Assembly (NCBI GenBank): GCA_963729895.1
Contig: CAVSQB010000008.1
Span: forward strand, 65,907 to 129,906
DNA: 64,000 nt
Source: an uncultured Fibrobacterota bacterium
GTDB taxonomy: Bacteria; Fibrobacterota; Chitinivibrionia; Chitinivibrionales; FEN-1185
Direction of reading: 5' to 3'
The notes below the pieces were generated by a model. That model worked only from the letters and a program-made list of their open reading frames with translations. It did no database searches and had not been told where the DNA came from. Positions 1 through 9,675 of this stretch are shown in pieces. The translations under genes were made by a program, and so were the position numbers. The first letter of the stretch is position 1. The number at the start of each line of letters is the position of its first letter.

Positions 1-167
1 CCCCTTCGGGTACTTCCAAGGGTCGCCGGGAGGGCGAGGGAGAAAATAGTGAACGAATATCGTATAGGCACCCGCGAAGTGCCGCTGAGAAGGTGAAATC
101 CGGGATCTGCATCCTGGGCCAGTGGGTAAAACCGATGACAGCCTGAAGCAGATTTCGTTTTCCGGCG

Positions 168-196
168 TTGACAACGGAGCAGGTTGGCGATATATT
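168..196 (+). promoter_or_regulatory. sigma70-type promoter for the 304..2121 gene
   Basis: TTGACA (168-173), 17-bp spacer, TATATT (191-196); SD GGAGGAG just before ATG 304. Confidence 0.7.
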
Positions 197-303
197 GTCC
201 ATGGTGCGGTCAGATGGCTTCGGAAGCCTGACCAACCGGAAACACGGTTACCGCAGGGCGGACTCAAAACGATGACCGAAATCCCCCATGCAGGAGGAGA
301 ATC

Positions 304-2121
304 ATGAAAAAATTGATTGTTCTGTCGATTTTTTGCTTGTCGCAAGCCGCTTTTGCGCTCCAAGCCCCGTTCCTCTACACTGCCGATTCCGCGTCGGACA
401 CGACTATTCAGTTGACATGGCGCAACAACAGCACTGCGTATCTGGGCATCGTTGTCCTGAGAAAGACCGCTGCCGCCGGGCAATACGCGGTTGTCGACAC
501 TGCGCCGGGAACCGCCACGGCATTTACGGACACGGTCAGGCCGGCGGCGCAAACGACGTATTACTATGCCCTGACTGCCTATTCGCAGACGGAACAGGCG
601 GATACGTCGAATGTGGATTCGGCGAGGCTGACGCCGAAACCTTTTGACGGTATTTTCGTTGCGCCCTCCCAGCTGAATGGTATTTACGACACACTGACCC
701 ATGTTTTGCACCTGTACTTTTATGACAGCTCGAATGTGGAATCGGGCTATAGGATCTATAAGTCGTCGAATTTTGGCGCATTCGAGATTATGCGAGATAT
801 TCCGTCGCCGATTCCTTCTCAAATGGGGTATATCAATGATTCGGATGCCACCGTCTCTTCCAATTCCTGGTATATGTACTACGTTGTCGCATACAAGGGA
901 CAGCAGACCCTTAGTTCCGTTACTGACACCGTGTTCACGTTTGACGTTGATGCAATGAAGAGAAATTCGCCTAAAAAGTGTACGGTCTTGGACCAAATCG
1001 GTAGTTTTCCAATCAATTACGGCTCCTGGAGCCTGAAATCCGGTGACACCATAGTCTTGAATGAATCAAATGCGCCTGATTCGATGTTCTCCATCATTGA
1101 CGTATCAAACCCCAGTCAACCAAGATTCGCGGGGACGGGAAAATCCGGAGCAGCGGTTATTTTCTACTACTCTCCTGCCCGACAGCTCTCTGCTTACACC
1201 AAAGGCGAATACGTTTTCAACCCAACCGGAGATTCCCTTTCGTGCTACAAGTATCAATCTGGAGCGATGCAAAATTTGAGCACAATCAATGTGGGTGAAA
1301 CGGTCTTAACCCCTTGCGGATTCTTGTCGGATAGTGTATTGGTTGTTCCAACTTTTACAGAGTCTCTTACCACTGCCGGCAGGTTTTCAAACGGCACTTC
1401 TTATTCATCGGCAGCTGAGATCCTATTCAAGAACGGTATTCTTACATATTCTGAAGAAGAATTCGTTTATGAGAATAGTTGCAGTAACCTTAGTCAAACT
1501 ATATGTGGCTACAGTAATAGTCCCACTCTAGCAAGCGGCGTGCTATGTCAGGGAAGACTATTTACGGGTATTCCGGGGTATATGGGGTTGCTTCGATCCA
1601 TGGCGGTCTTCGATTTCACTTATCAAGTTCCATCCAAAACGGTTTTCTCCGCCGACGTGTCAAGTTTAACTTTCTTTGATATTCAACTGGCAGGTAACGG
1701 CGTGTGGCTTGACGCACCGGCATTGACAGCCGATTCTTCTTGGATTCGAAGCTACTCTCACGCTATTCTGCTCGATACCGTCAAGAACCTTGTCTTCGCC
1801 TTATCCGACTCCGAACTCTCGGTCTACAACTGCCAGATCGTCAGCGGAATCTCGCATCCCGTTTCCTCGACGCATCTTACTGCACAAATCCTTCGTGTCG
1901 GCAAAGGAGCGAACGGTTCTGCCTCTCTTATCTTCCTTCCCCGCCACACCCAGCCCGCCTCAGTCTCAATCTTCGACCTGTCCGGAAGGCGTATCGCGCG
2001 CATGGAAGGAATTCAGGGCGAAACAGTGGCCTGGCCGCATCAGAACAGGACAGGAGTGTACATTCTACGGGCAGTAATCGACGGCAACGCCGTCGCGGCA
2101 AAAGTTATCCTGAACAAATGA
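304..2121 (+). CDS. secreted protein with N-terminal Fn3-like domains and a C-terminal T9SS/Por-type sorting domain
   Basis: Signal peptide MKKLIVLSIFCLSQAAFA; Fn3-like motifs IQLTWRNNS...FTDT...YYYALTAY repeated (ESGYRIYKS...YMYYVVAY); C-terminal VSIFDLSGRRIA...GVYILRA...KVILNK. Confidence 0.8.
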   Translation: MKKLIVLSIFCLSQAAFALQAPFLYTADSASDTTIQLTWRNNSTAYLGIVVLRKTAAAGQYAVVDTAPGTATAFTDTVRPAAQTTYYYALTAYSQTEQADTSNVDSARLTPKPFDGIFVAPSQLNGIYDTLTHVLHLYFYDSSNVESGYRIYKSSNFGAFEIMRDIPSPIPSQMGYINDSDATVSSNSWYMYYVVAYKGQQTLSSVTDTVFTFDVDAMKRNSPKKCTVLDQIGSFPINYGSWSLKSGDTIVLNESNAPDSMFSIIDVSNPSQPRFAGTGKSGAAVIFYYSPARQLSAYTKGEYVFNPTGDSLSCYKYQSGAMQNLSTINVGETVLTPCGFLSDSVLVVPTFTESLTTAGRFSNGTSYSSAAEILFKNGILTYSEEEFVYENSCSNLSQTICGYSNSPTLASGVLCQGRLFTGIPGYMGLLRSMAVFDFTYQVPSKTVFSADVSSLTFFDIQLAGNGVWLDAPALTADSSWIRSYSHAILLDTVKNLVFALSDSELSVYNCQIVSGISHPVSSTHLTAQILRVGKGANGSASLIFLPRHTQPASVSIFDLSGRRIARMEGIQGETVAWPHQNRTGVYILRAVIDGNAVAAKVILNK

Positions 2122-2341
2122 GAAGAACATGAAGTTGGTTTTCCGCGCCAGGGCGGACGGCAGAGTGCGCTGGAGCGCAGGGCTGCCTGACCGCGCCGCC
2201 AGGCATCGCGGCAGGCAGCACCGAGGCCTTGGCCGAGCTCGTACGGAGGCCCGCCGTCCCTTGTGGGGACGGGGCGCCCAGATTTTCTTCTCAGGTAATT
2301 CTTCTTAGGTAATTGAAGAGAAAAAGAAGTGAAGCATGTAG

Positions 2342-4327
2342 TTATGCAAGGTCCGAATCCTCCACCCAGTTCTTCTTGTTCGCCACCCTCAGAAACGCCT
2401 CTACGACATCCGGATCGAATTCCGCGTTACTGCCGTCCTTGAGTCGTTTTACGGCCTCTTTCTTGCCGAGGCTGTTGCGGTAGGGCCGGTTGGAGGTCAT
2501 GGCCTCAAACGCATCGGCTACGCGGATGATGCGCGCGCCGAAAGGGATCATTTCTCCCTTGAGACCGTCGGGGTAGCCGGTGCCGTCGAAATTCTCGTGG
2601 TGATAGAGGATCAACTTGTACAGGTCCTGGAGGAACGGAACATCCTTGACGATATTTGCGCCGAGCGAAGAGTGGGTCTTCATGATGCCGTTGAATTCCT
2701 CGTAGGTGAGCGACCCGTGTTTGTTGAGAATGTAACCGGGAATTCCGATTTTGCCGATGTCGTGCAGGAGGCCTGCGTCGCGGATGCTGTTTGCTTTCCT
2801 GCTGTCAACGCCCATCTCGCGCGCAATTTCTTCGGCGATGTTCATCACGTTTTCCGAATGCCCGTGCGTATAGGTGTCTTTTGCGTCAACCGCGATGGCA
2901 AGCGCCTTTATGGTGCGGATGTAGTTCTCTTTCATGTCGTTGTAGAGCTTTGAGTTGGTGAGCGCGATGCGGGTCTGGCTCACGATGCTCGACAAAAGCG
3001 TGAGCTGTTCATGGCTGCTCTGCAGGTCCTTCATTGCCCCAAAGTAAAGCCCGCCGTAGTCGAACGCCTCTCCCACGATCGGAACGGCGTACCTGAACGA
3101 CAGCGGCAGGATGATGTTGGGAGCGAATTCCAGGGGCGGCATGATCTGGCGGAACGTGACCCGCTTCTGCTGGACCCTGCTGTGCGTGGCGCGGTTGTAT
3201 TCCAGGATGACTTCGGCGCATATCTTGTCGGCGTCTTCCTGCCTGAGCGCGCCCCGCGACCAGTAGAGGAACTCGTGGTTGCGCTTCTGGACAATAAGGC
3301 ACGCAATGACGTCTATGGGAAAATGCTTCTGCACCGTGGCAAACAGGCACCGGATGACATCGTTTTCGTCAACAAGCCCCATGAGCTGTTCGGAATAGGT
3401 GCTGATGAGCGACAGCTCGTCGAGCTTCTGCCTTATTGACGAAAGCAAGTTGGCGTTGTTGATGGCGATGCTCGCCTGTGCCGCGAGCATGTTGATGAGA
3501 TTGAGCTCAACCATGGAAAACTGCTCTTTGGTCGTGCCGCGGTTGAGATTGATGACGCCGATGACTTCCTCCGACACCTTGAGCGGCACCGAAAGCGATG
3601 AGCCGATGTCCTGCCTGGTGAGAGAAATGGAAACGTCGGGCAGTTTTTCCGCGTCGGAAATCAGCAGGGAGCGGCCGTTCTTGAGCACCCACTTCGAAAT
3701 GGCCCACTCGTCCGTTTTGTCAATTGACGACCGTACCTGCTCCAGCTGAATGCCTTTCTGGCGCACGATCACGAGTTCGTTGGTGTCCTTCGACACGAGC
3801 TGGATGGAACCGCTTTCGGCCTTCGACACGCTCAGGCAATAGTGAAACGTCACATCGAGAAGTTCTTCAATGTCGTGCGTGCTGGTGAGCTTGTGTGTTA
3901 TCTCGTGCAGTGAAACAAGCTGGGACAGAAGCGTGTTTTCCCGCACCAGCTTGGTGGTCTGCAGGGCCCGCGTCACCTTCTGCTGAAGCACGTCGAGTTC
4001 AAACGGCTTGACAATGTAGTCGAACGCGCCGCTCTGGATGGCCTCGATTGCCGTATTGATGTCCGGATGGGCCGTCGTCACGATGACCGGAACGCTGGTG
4101 CCGTTCTTCCTTGTTTTGCTGAGAAACTGAATTCCGTCCATCACCGGCATGTGGATATCGAGGATCACGAGGTGCGGACGGAGCTCGTCGAACAGCTCAA
4201 CGGCCTGCAGGCCGTTGAATGCCAGGACCGTTTTATAGCCGAGCCCCGAAAAGAACTTGGAGAGCGCGTTGCACAGCGCATGGTCGTCGTCGACGATCAG
4301 AATAAGATATTCTTCTCCGGTGTCCAT
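2342..4327 (-). CDS. response regulator with REC, GAF and HD-GYP domains (probable c-di-GMP phosphodiesterase)
   Basis: REC (LIVDDD, LDIHMP, IVKPF); GAF-like (SVPLKVSEEVIGVINL); HD-GYP (DAKDTYTHGHS, LLHDIGKIG, HHENFDGTGYPDGL, ADAFEAMTSNRPYR). ORF is open to 4363; ATG 4327 chosen as start. Confidence 0.9.
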   Translation of the reverse strand: MDTGEEYLILIVDDDHALCNALSKFFSGLGYKTVLAFNGLQAVELFDELRPHLVILDIHMPVMDGIQFLSKTRKNGTSVPVIVTTAHPDINTAIEAIQSGAFDYIVKPFELDVLQQKVTRALQTTKLVRENTLLSQLVSLHEITHKLTSTHDIEELLDVTFHYCLSVSKAESGSIQLVSKDTNELVIVRQKGIQLEQVRSSIDKTDEWAISKWVLKNGRSLLISDAEKLPDVSISLTRQDIGSSLSVPLKVSEEVIGVINLNRGTTKEQFSMVELNLINMLAAQASIAINNANLLSSIRQKLDELSLISTYSEQLMGLVDENDVIRCLFATVQKHFPIDVIACLIVQKRNHEFLYWSRGALRQEDADKICAEVILEYNRATHSRVQQKRVTFRQIMPPLEFAPNIILPLSFRYAVPIVGEAFDYGGLYFGAMKDLQSSHEQLTLLSSIVSQTRIALTNSKLYNDMKENYIRTIKALAIAVDAKDTYTHGHSENVMNIAEEIAREMGVDSRKANSIRDAGLLHDIGKIGIPGYILNKHGSLTYEEFNGIMKTHSSLGANIVKDVPFLQDLYKLILYHHENFDGTGYPDGLKGEMIPFGARIIRVADAFEAMTSNRPYRNSLGKKEAVKRLKDGSNAEFDPDVVEAFLRVANKKNWVEDSDLA

Positions 4328-4449
4328 CGAAAACGGCTCTTTTTCCGATTTCTTTCTGTGCAAGAAAGGTGAAGCAGTGCCAAGGCGCGGGCGCCTGCAA
4401 ACGCCAAAATGATCGGAACGGAAAACGGCTGTTCAATAGTATATCATAT

Positions 4450-5538
4450 TTAACGGCGATAAGTCACGCTTAATTGATAGGTAGGGGCAAGCTCATGAGT
4501 AAGGTATGCGAAATCGAACCCAAGCTGTCTCTTGAGCAAGGCAACCCCGCATCCGAACGTCCATGCGTTCACCATGCTGTGGCCGACGCGCACGGCAAAC
4601 ACGTCCATAATCCGGTACTCGAGCCCCATATTGCCGCTGAGCAAAAACCACCAGGGGTCGGAGCCGATCGAGGCCGTTTCCGGCGTGCTTTGGGGGACCG
4701 GGAGACTTTGATCCTGGACGCTTGTGTCTCCTCCTCCGAAAACAGAAGAAGAGTTTATGGAATTCGCACCCTGGTTGGACAGCATGTCAAGCGTCTTGTA
4801 CTGGACCTTTATGTGTCCGTAAATGTAAGGAATGTCCTTCTGCCAGCCGATGCCGAAAAACAGATGCGGATAAGCCTTTTCGGAGTAGGCGGCACTCCAT
4901 CGGGTATACTGCGACGTGATATTTTCACACAGGAGCCCCAGGCGCAGGTCGGGGCGGGGGAAATTGAGCACGAGACCCCCGTCCAGGCCCATGCCGTATC
5001 CCTTGTATTCCCCGAACGGAAGGCAGTGCCGCATGGCATTGAGCCCTGCCCCCAACCCTAGCTCGAACCGGCGGTTGACGGCGAATTTCCGGCCGTAGGC
5101 AGCATGGAACAGGACAATCGACTCGGTTGAATACGTGAGCCTGGTGGGATCGTAGATTGGTCCGTCGGGCCCGATTTCAAGGTCCTGGGTGCCGGCAATT
5201 CCTGGATCGTAAAGGTAGTTCAGCGAAACCGCAAACCCGGAAACGCGGTCGATAACGCCTGCATAGGAAAGATTCGAAGTGGAAAACACACCCTGGTACC
5301 AGGAAGCATAGGCAAGAGAAATGTCGTTTACAGAATCAAAAGGTATGACGCCGGCATTGGACTCCGACGCGCCGTCCCGTGCAAAGACGATGTCCGATCC
5401 GCCGACCGCAGCCTCGCGCGGGAGAACAAATATCTCCCTCGTATTGTCCGAATAGTAATTCCAATCCGCTGCACACACGCGCGCAACCGGAAGAAGCAAA
5501 TACAAAATCAACTTTAACGCTAAACGGTCGCGCTTCAT
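4450..5538 (-). CDS. PorV/PorQ-like (FadL-superfamily) outer-membrane beta-barrel protein
   Basis: Signal peptide; PREAAVGG resembles the PorV ARxxAMGG motif; GYGMGLDGGL, MGLEY...FAVRVG, FDFAY...YQLSVTY amphipathic strands. ORF is open to 5559. Confidence 0.65.
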   Translation of the reverse strand: MKRDRLALKLILYLLLPVARVCAADWNYYSDNTREIFVLPREAAVGGSDIVFARDGASESNAGVIPFDSVNDISLAYASWYQGVFSTSNLSYAGVIDRVSGFAVSLNYLYDPGIAGTQDLEIGPDGPIYDPTRLTYSTESIVLFHAAYGRKFAVNRRFELGLGAGLNAMRHCLPFGEYKGYGMGLDGGLVLNFPRPDLRLGLLCENITSQYTRWSAAYSEKAYPHLFFGIGWQKDIPYIYGHIKVQYKTLDMLSNQGANSINSSSVFGGGDTSVQDQSLPVPQSTPETASIGSDPWWFLLSGNMGLEYRIMDVFAVRVGHSMVNAWTFGCGVALLKRQLGFDFAYLTHELAPTYQLSVTYRR

Positions 5539-5762
5539 ACGATGTTTACGGATAACCAATGGGAAATATTTTCATTCCCCGGGAGAAAATGGACTTCCCC
5601 ACTTCTTCCCGGCGTTCCATGAAAGGATGCGCATTAAAATAGTTCATTGGGTGCGGAACATGGGCCAGTTCTTGGACTCGCGCGGCGCTTTGAAAACGGT
5701 TGGAAACAAAAAAGTCAAAGTTCTTGATTGAACCGGACCGCTTTTCTATTTTTATGCATCAC

Positions 5763-5836
5763 GGGCGTATGGCTCAGCTGGTTAAAGCGCTGCGTTCACA
5801 TCGCAGAGATCCCTGGTTCGAATCCAGGTGCGCCCA
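5763..5836 (+). tRNA. tRNA-Val (anticodon CAC), CCA not encoded
   Basis: Acceptor stem GGGCGTA/TGCGCCC; D arm GCTC-AGCTGGTTA-AAGC; anticodon arm CTGCG-TTCACAT-CGCAG; T arm CCTGG-TTCGAAT-CCAGG. Confidence 0.95.
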
Positions 5837-5880
5837 GGTTTTCCGTATGCCGATACCGGCCCGTCTCCTGCAGTCTCTAA

Positions 5881-7341
5881 TTGACCGATAATAATTCTAT
5901 GGGACCTTTTCCTTTTGCCCCGGCTTGTGCGCTCGCAACCAGTTGCTTCCTGTATGTCAATGCTGCAGGGGCTTCCCCATGCTTAAACATCGAATCGCCC
6001 GTCGAAGGGGCCGTCGTTTCCTCTCCCGTGTGCACCGTGGCCGTTTCAGCATGCGACCAGATAAGCTCGGTAAATTTCGTGGCCCATTTTGGTTCTCCCG
6101 ATGTCAAAGGCGACACGGTGCTCCTGCTCGGCCACATCATCCACCCGCCGTTCAGGCTGCTGTGGAACACCAGCGAGATCCCCAATCAGCTTTATAGAGG
6201 CATGTCTTTTTCGGCCGTTGCAACGCTGCGGACCGGTGAGCGGCAGTCGCAATGGGTGGGCGGCGTCTTTATCGCCAACAAGCCGTTCGCCTCCCCGGTC
6301 GCATCCATTCCCTTTGCCGCGAATACCGGATTCCCCTTGTTTTCGCGGGCTATTTCAAGCGGACGCACCCCGATTGAGGTAAAGGTTTCAGCCTGCCGGA
6401 CCCGGGACGGGGTGAAGTTCTTCGCTGTGGTTGCCGCGCCCGCAGTCTTCAGCAGCGCAGGAAAAGAAAGGCTGCGCGAAGCGGGAATGGAAATCTGCAT
6501 TGATCCCGGTCTCTCGAGGAAACCCTATCCTCCGTACGATGCGTTCTCCCTCGCCATTCCCCTGGAAGGCGCCCCGTTTAAGACGCGGTACCGTCCGGTA
6601 TCGGGCCCCAACGGCTCCTTTGACGTAACCGCCAGCAAAGAGGCGTGCACGTGCGTATACGAAATCAACAAGAAAGACGACAAGGGATTCGATATTACCG
6701 CCACCGTCCCCGCGTCCCTGTTCGGTCCCCAGATCCCGGATTCGTTCGGTTGCAACGTTATTGTGCGGCTGCCGGGCGACAGCAACCAGGCCGTGAGGGT
6801 TTCGTGGACCGACGCGCCGCCGGGAATGACGTTCAGCCCGTTTTACTGGGGAACCGTGCTGGTGCTGCCGCGGCCGCTCTCCGGCGCACCCCGCGTGCTG
6901 TGGCTCCTGAGTTTCGGGGCCGGCCTGGTTCTTGCCCTTCTCACCGGAACGATATTCCTCCTGTTTCGCAAGCGCTCGGTGTCAATTGAAAAATTCGAGC
7001 AGTCGGAGGAAGAAAAAGAATTGTCCGACCAGATATACCAGTTCATCGACGAATCGGTCACCAGAAACGACCTCACACTTCACTGGGTGGCTGAGAAACT
7101 TGGGCTCGCGCCCAGGAAAGTGGAAAGCGTCATTCGAAAACACAAGGGGAAAACTTTCAGAGACTTCATAATGTTTCTTCGTATCGAAATTGCCAGGGAA
7201 CGGTTGCGCTCTTCCCACTCGAGCGAGCCATCGATTGCCGAATCGTGTGGATTCAAGACGGTGGGCGAGATGAAGAAGTTCTTTGCGAAATTCTACCGTA
7301 CCACGCCGGCCAAATTCCGTAAAGAAAACCAGGTGGCCTAG
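5881..7341 (+). CDS. membrane-spanning AraC-family transcriptional regulator with extracytoplasmic N-terminal domains
   Basis: Signal-like N-terminus (alternative start ATG 5899); Ig/Big-like segment (IESPVEGAVV...VNFVA...PPFRLLWNT); TM helix VLWLLSFGAGLVLALLTGTIFLLFRKR; AraC HTH (LTLHWVAEKLG...LRIEIARERL...IAESCGF...TTPAKFRK). Confidence 0.85.
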   Translation: MTDNNSMGPFPFAPACALATSCFLYVNAAGASPCLNIESPVEGAVVSSPVCTVAVSACDQISSVNFVAHFGSPDVKGDTVLLLGHIIHPPFRLLWNTSEIPNQLYRGMSFSAVATLRTGERQSQWVGGVFIANKPFASPVASIPFAANTGFPLFSRAISSGRTPIEVKVSACRTRDGVKFFAVVAAPAVFSSAGKERLREAGMEICIDPGLSRKPYPPYDAFSLAIPLEGAPFKTRYRPVSGPNGSFDVTASKEACTCVYEINKKDDKGFDITATVPASLFGPQIPDSFGCNVIVRLPGDSNQAVRVSWTDAPPGMTFSPFYWGTVLVLPRPLSGAPRVLWLLSFGAGLVLALLTGTIFLLFRKRSVSIEKFEQSEEEKELSDQIYQFIDESVTRNDLTLHWVAEKLGLAPRKVESVIRKHKGKTFRDFIMFLRIEIARERLRSSHSSEPSIAESCGFKTVGEMKKFFAKFYRTTPAKFRKENQVA

Positions 7342-9438
7342 CTACTCAACGCGCTGCTTTTTCGGCAGCGCTCCCTTTTTCGAAAAATAAAGCGCTTTCT
7401 GAATTTCGAGGTCCAGCTGGTTCTTGTCGTACGGTTTTGTAAACCACTTCCAGATTTTCATTTCTTCAACGCTTTTCTGCTCCGCTGGATATCCGGACAC
7501 GACGACAACGATGAGCGAGGGCTTTATGGCGCGCAGCCTGTTGATTGCCTGATGTGGATCGTCTCTCCCGAGCTTCCAGTCCATAATAAGAACTTCGCAT
7601 TCCTCCATATGTTTTTCAAGCTCCCGCGCCCCTTCATCGATCGTTGAAGATTCGCAGACGGAGTACTTGAATTCCTTCATGAAGAACCGCAGAATGCCGC
7701 GGATCTTGGGGTCGTCGTCAAGCAACAGCACCATGGTGGGCTTCCGGTTGAGCATCACCACCGTGGTGTCGTGATCCACTTCGCCCCCTTCACTTTCGGG
7801 AATCTCCATCCTGAACGTTGTGCTCCGGGAATCCGTTTTTTCAACCAGAATCCTGCCGTTGTGCAAGGACACTATTCTCTGGACAAGAGCGAGTCCAAGG
7901 CCGGTGCCTTTGCCCGGCTTCTTGGTTGTGAAGAACGGATCAAACACTTTCTCCACTATCTCGTGCGGGATGCCCGTCCCCGTGTCGATGAACCGGATTA
8001 TCGCCGTGCCGATTTTCCCTTCCGGGCGGTCGGCGAAGCATTCGATGGTGATGGTCCCGCCCTCGGGCATGGCGTCGCGCGAATTGCCGAACAGGTTTTG
8101 AAAGATCCGTTTGAAATAGTCGGTGTCGCCCTGGATCCACAAGGGTTCGTCGGGCATATTGAGAACGATTTCAAACCGGGAACCCAGTTGGCCGCCGTAC
8201 AATGGGATGACTTTGTCGAAAAAGTCCTGCAGGTGGATCGGCTTGTAGTCAAGGAGGTTTTTCTTTCCGAGCGCCAAAAGTTCCGCTATGAGGATCTTCG
8301 CCTCTACCAGGGTTTCTGTAATTATTTCCATCTGCTTTTTGGTTTCGTTCTCGCGGGTGTCCTTTTCGACGAGCGCCGTGATGTCGCCCACGGTCTGGAG
8401 AATGTTGTTGAAATCGTGCGCCATGCCGCTCGCCAGCGTGCCCAGCGATTCCATTTTCTGGTACTGGTGCAGCCGGTTCACCATTTCTTCGCGCTGGGAA
8501 AGCGCGAGTTCGCGATCGCTCACGTCGGTCATGATGCCCTCGTATACGACCTCTTTTCCGTCCTCTTCGCGCGGCTGCAGCAAGCAATCGACGAACTTGG
8601 TCCGGCCATGGAAGTCCTTGACCTGAATGGTGTCCTTGTACTCTGTCTTATCAAGTTTCAGGGCCTCCGGTTTGACAATGAAATCGAATATGCTCCTGCC
8701 GGGAATCACCTTTGCGGGCAGGGCGAGCAGTGCGTACGATGTGTTGTTTGCCCACTGGAAACGCCCCTTCTCGTCGAGGGTGAACAGCATTTCGGGAAGC
8801 CGGTGCACCAGGTTCTGGTACCGCAGTTCCGACGTGATTACCTTGTTGATGGTGGCATAATTCTTTCGCGAAATGACGCCGGCCACTGCGGAAACGATGA
8901 GAAGCAGGAGTACGCGTATTGTCATATCGGAAAACCACGAATCGGGCGGCATGGCCTTGGTGTTGAGCGCGAACACGCAATAGGCAATGTAACAGGCCCC
9001 CGACATGACGCCGCTGAATAGGGAAAGGCTCAGCTTGTTGTGAAGCGCGGTGAAAATAATTGCGATAAAGTACACGCAAAAAAGCGAGCTCCGGAACGGC
9101 AGGGAAGGCATCCCCATGAGCGAGTAGGCCCACAGGGCTGTTGTCATGACTCCCACGTCGAGCGCGACAAGGATAAAAGAGGAGTAGGTGCGGAGCCGTG
9201 CTTTGCTGTAACGGGAAAGGTAAAAACCGCTGTAGCCGAGCAGCACAAGCACGGCGCCCATTTGCACCGTAAAGGCATGTACCGACAGCTCGTCGAGCGA
9301 GTAGCAGAAGAAAGCGAGAAATGAATAGCCGATGGCGATGCCGAGCCGGATCCACGAACTCCACCGTTCGGATTCTATCTCGGCCATCAGAATCGTCTGG
9401 GTTTTCCCGAGGAAATTTTTCTGTGTCTCTATGGCCAT
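7342..9438 (-). CDS. hybrid sensor histidine kinase (multi-TM, PAS, HisKA, HATPase, REC)
   Basis: H-box GTLASGMAHDFNNIL; N-box QNLFGNSRDAM; G1 DTGTGI; F-box FDPFFTTK; G2 GTGLGL; C-terminal REC LLLDDD...MDWKL...KPY. Confidence 0.92.
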   Translation of the reverse strand: MAIETQKNFLGKTQTILMAEIESERWSSWIRLGIAIGYSFLAFFCYSLDELSVHAFTVQMGAVLVLLGYSGFYLSRYSKARLRTYSSFILVALDVGVMTTALWAYSLMGMPSLPFRSSLFCVYFIAIIFTALHNKLSLSLFSGVMSGACYIAYCVFALNTKAMPPDSWFSDMTIRVLLLLIVSAVAGVISRKNYATINKVITSELRYQNLVHRLPEMLFTLDEKGRFQWANNTSYALLALPAKVIPGRSIFDFIVKPEALKLDKTEYKDTIQVKDFHGRTKFVDCLLQPREEDGKEVVYEGIMTDVSDRELALSQREEMVNRLHQYQKMESLGTLASGMAHDFNNILQTVGDITALVEKDTRENETKKQMEIITETLVEAKILIAELLALGKKNLLDYKPIHLQDFFDKVIPLYGGQLGSRFEIVLNMPDEPLWIQGDTDYFKRIFQNLFGNSRDAMPEGGTITIECFADRPEGKIGTAIIRFIDTGTGIPHEIVEKVFDPFFTTKKPGKGTGLGLALVQRIVSLHNGRILVEKTDSRSTTFRMEIPESEGGEVDHDTTVVMLNRKPTMVLLLDDDPKIRGILRFFMKEFKYSVCESSTIDEGARELEKHMEECEVLIMDWKLGRDDPHQAINRLRAIKPSLIVVVVSGYPAEQKSVEEMKIWKWFTKPYDKNQLDLEIQKALYFSKKGALPKKQRVE

Positions 9439-9675
9439 GCGTTAACTCTAAAGCTTGCAGGCCGCATCCCCTGTTGTGAAGGACGGGCTCTCCGCCGGAA
9501 ACGGCGGGAACAATCAAGTATATTAGTCGCCTTAAGATATCCGGTATTTCGCCGTGCACAATTTTACCATCATCCGACCGGTAATTCCACAGATTTCTTT
9601 CCACACACAGCTGCCGGTTGATGCAAGAGAGACGGCCACCGCATTCGTCACTCATTCGCTTCTTCAAGAGACCCT

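Noticed and set aside
1..96. Open frame ending ...KIVNEYRIGTREVPLRR*, faintly like the C-terminal helix of REP-associated tyrosine transposases
   Set aside because: Only ~31 codons are visible and no diagnostic motif is present
5763..5900. tRNA-Val as a possible integration site
   Set aside because: No integrase nearby, and I saw no duplicated tRNA 3' end in the window
7771..9021. Long antisense ORFs (also 27070..28665, 32413..34377, 15032..16408)
   Set aside because: Shadow frames of well-supported genes in GC-rich DNA, with no recognisable motifs
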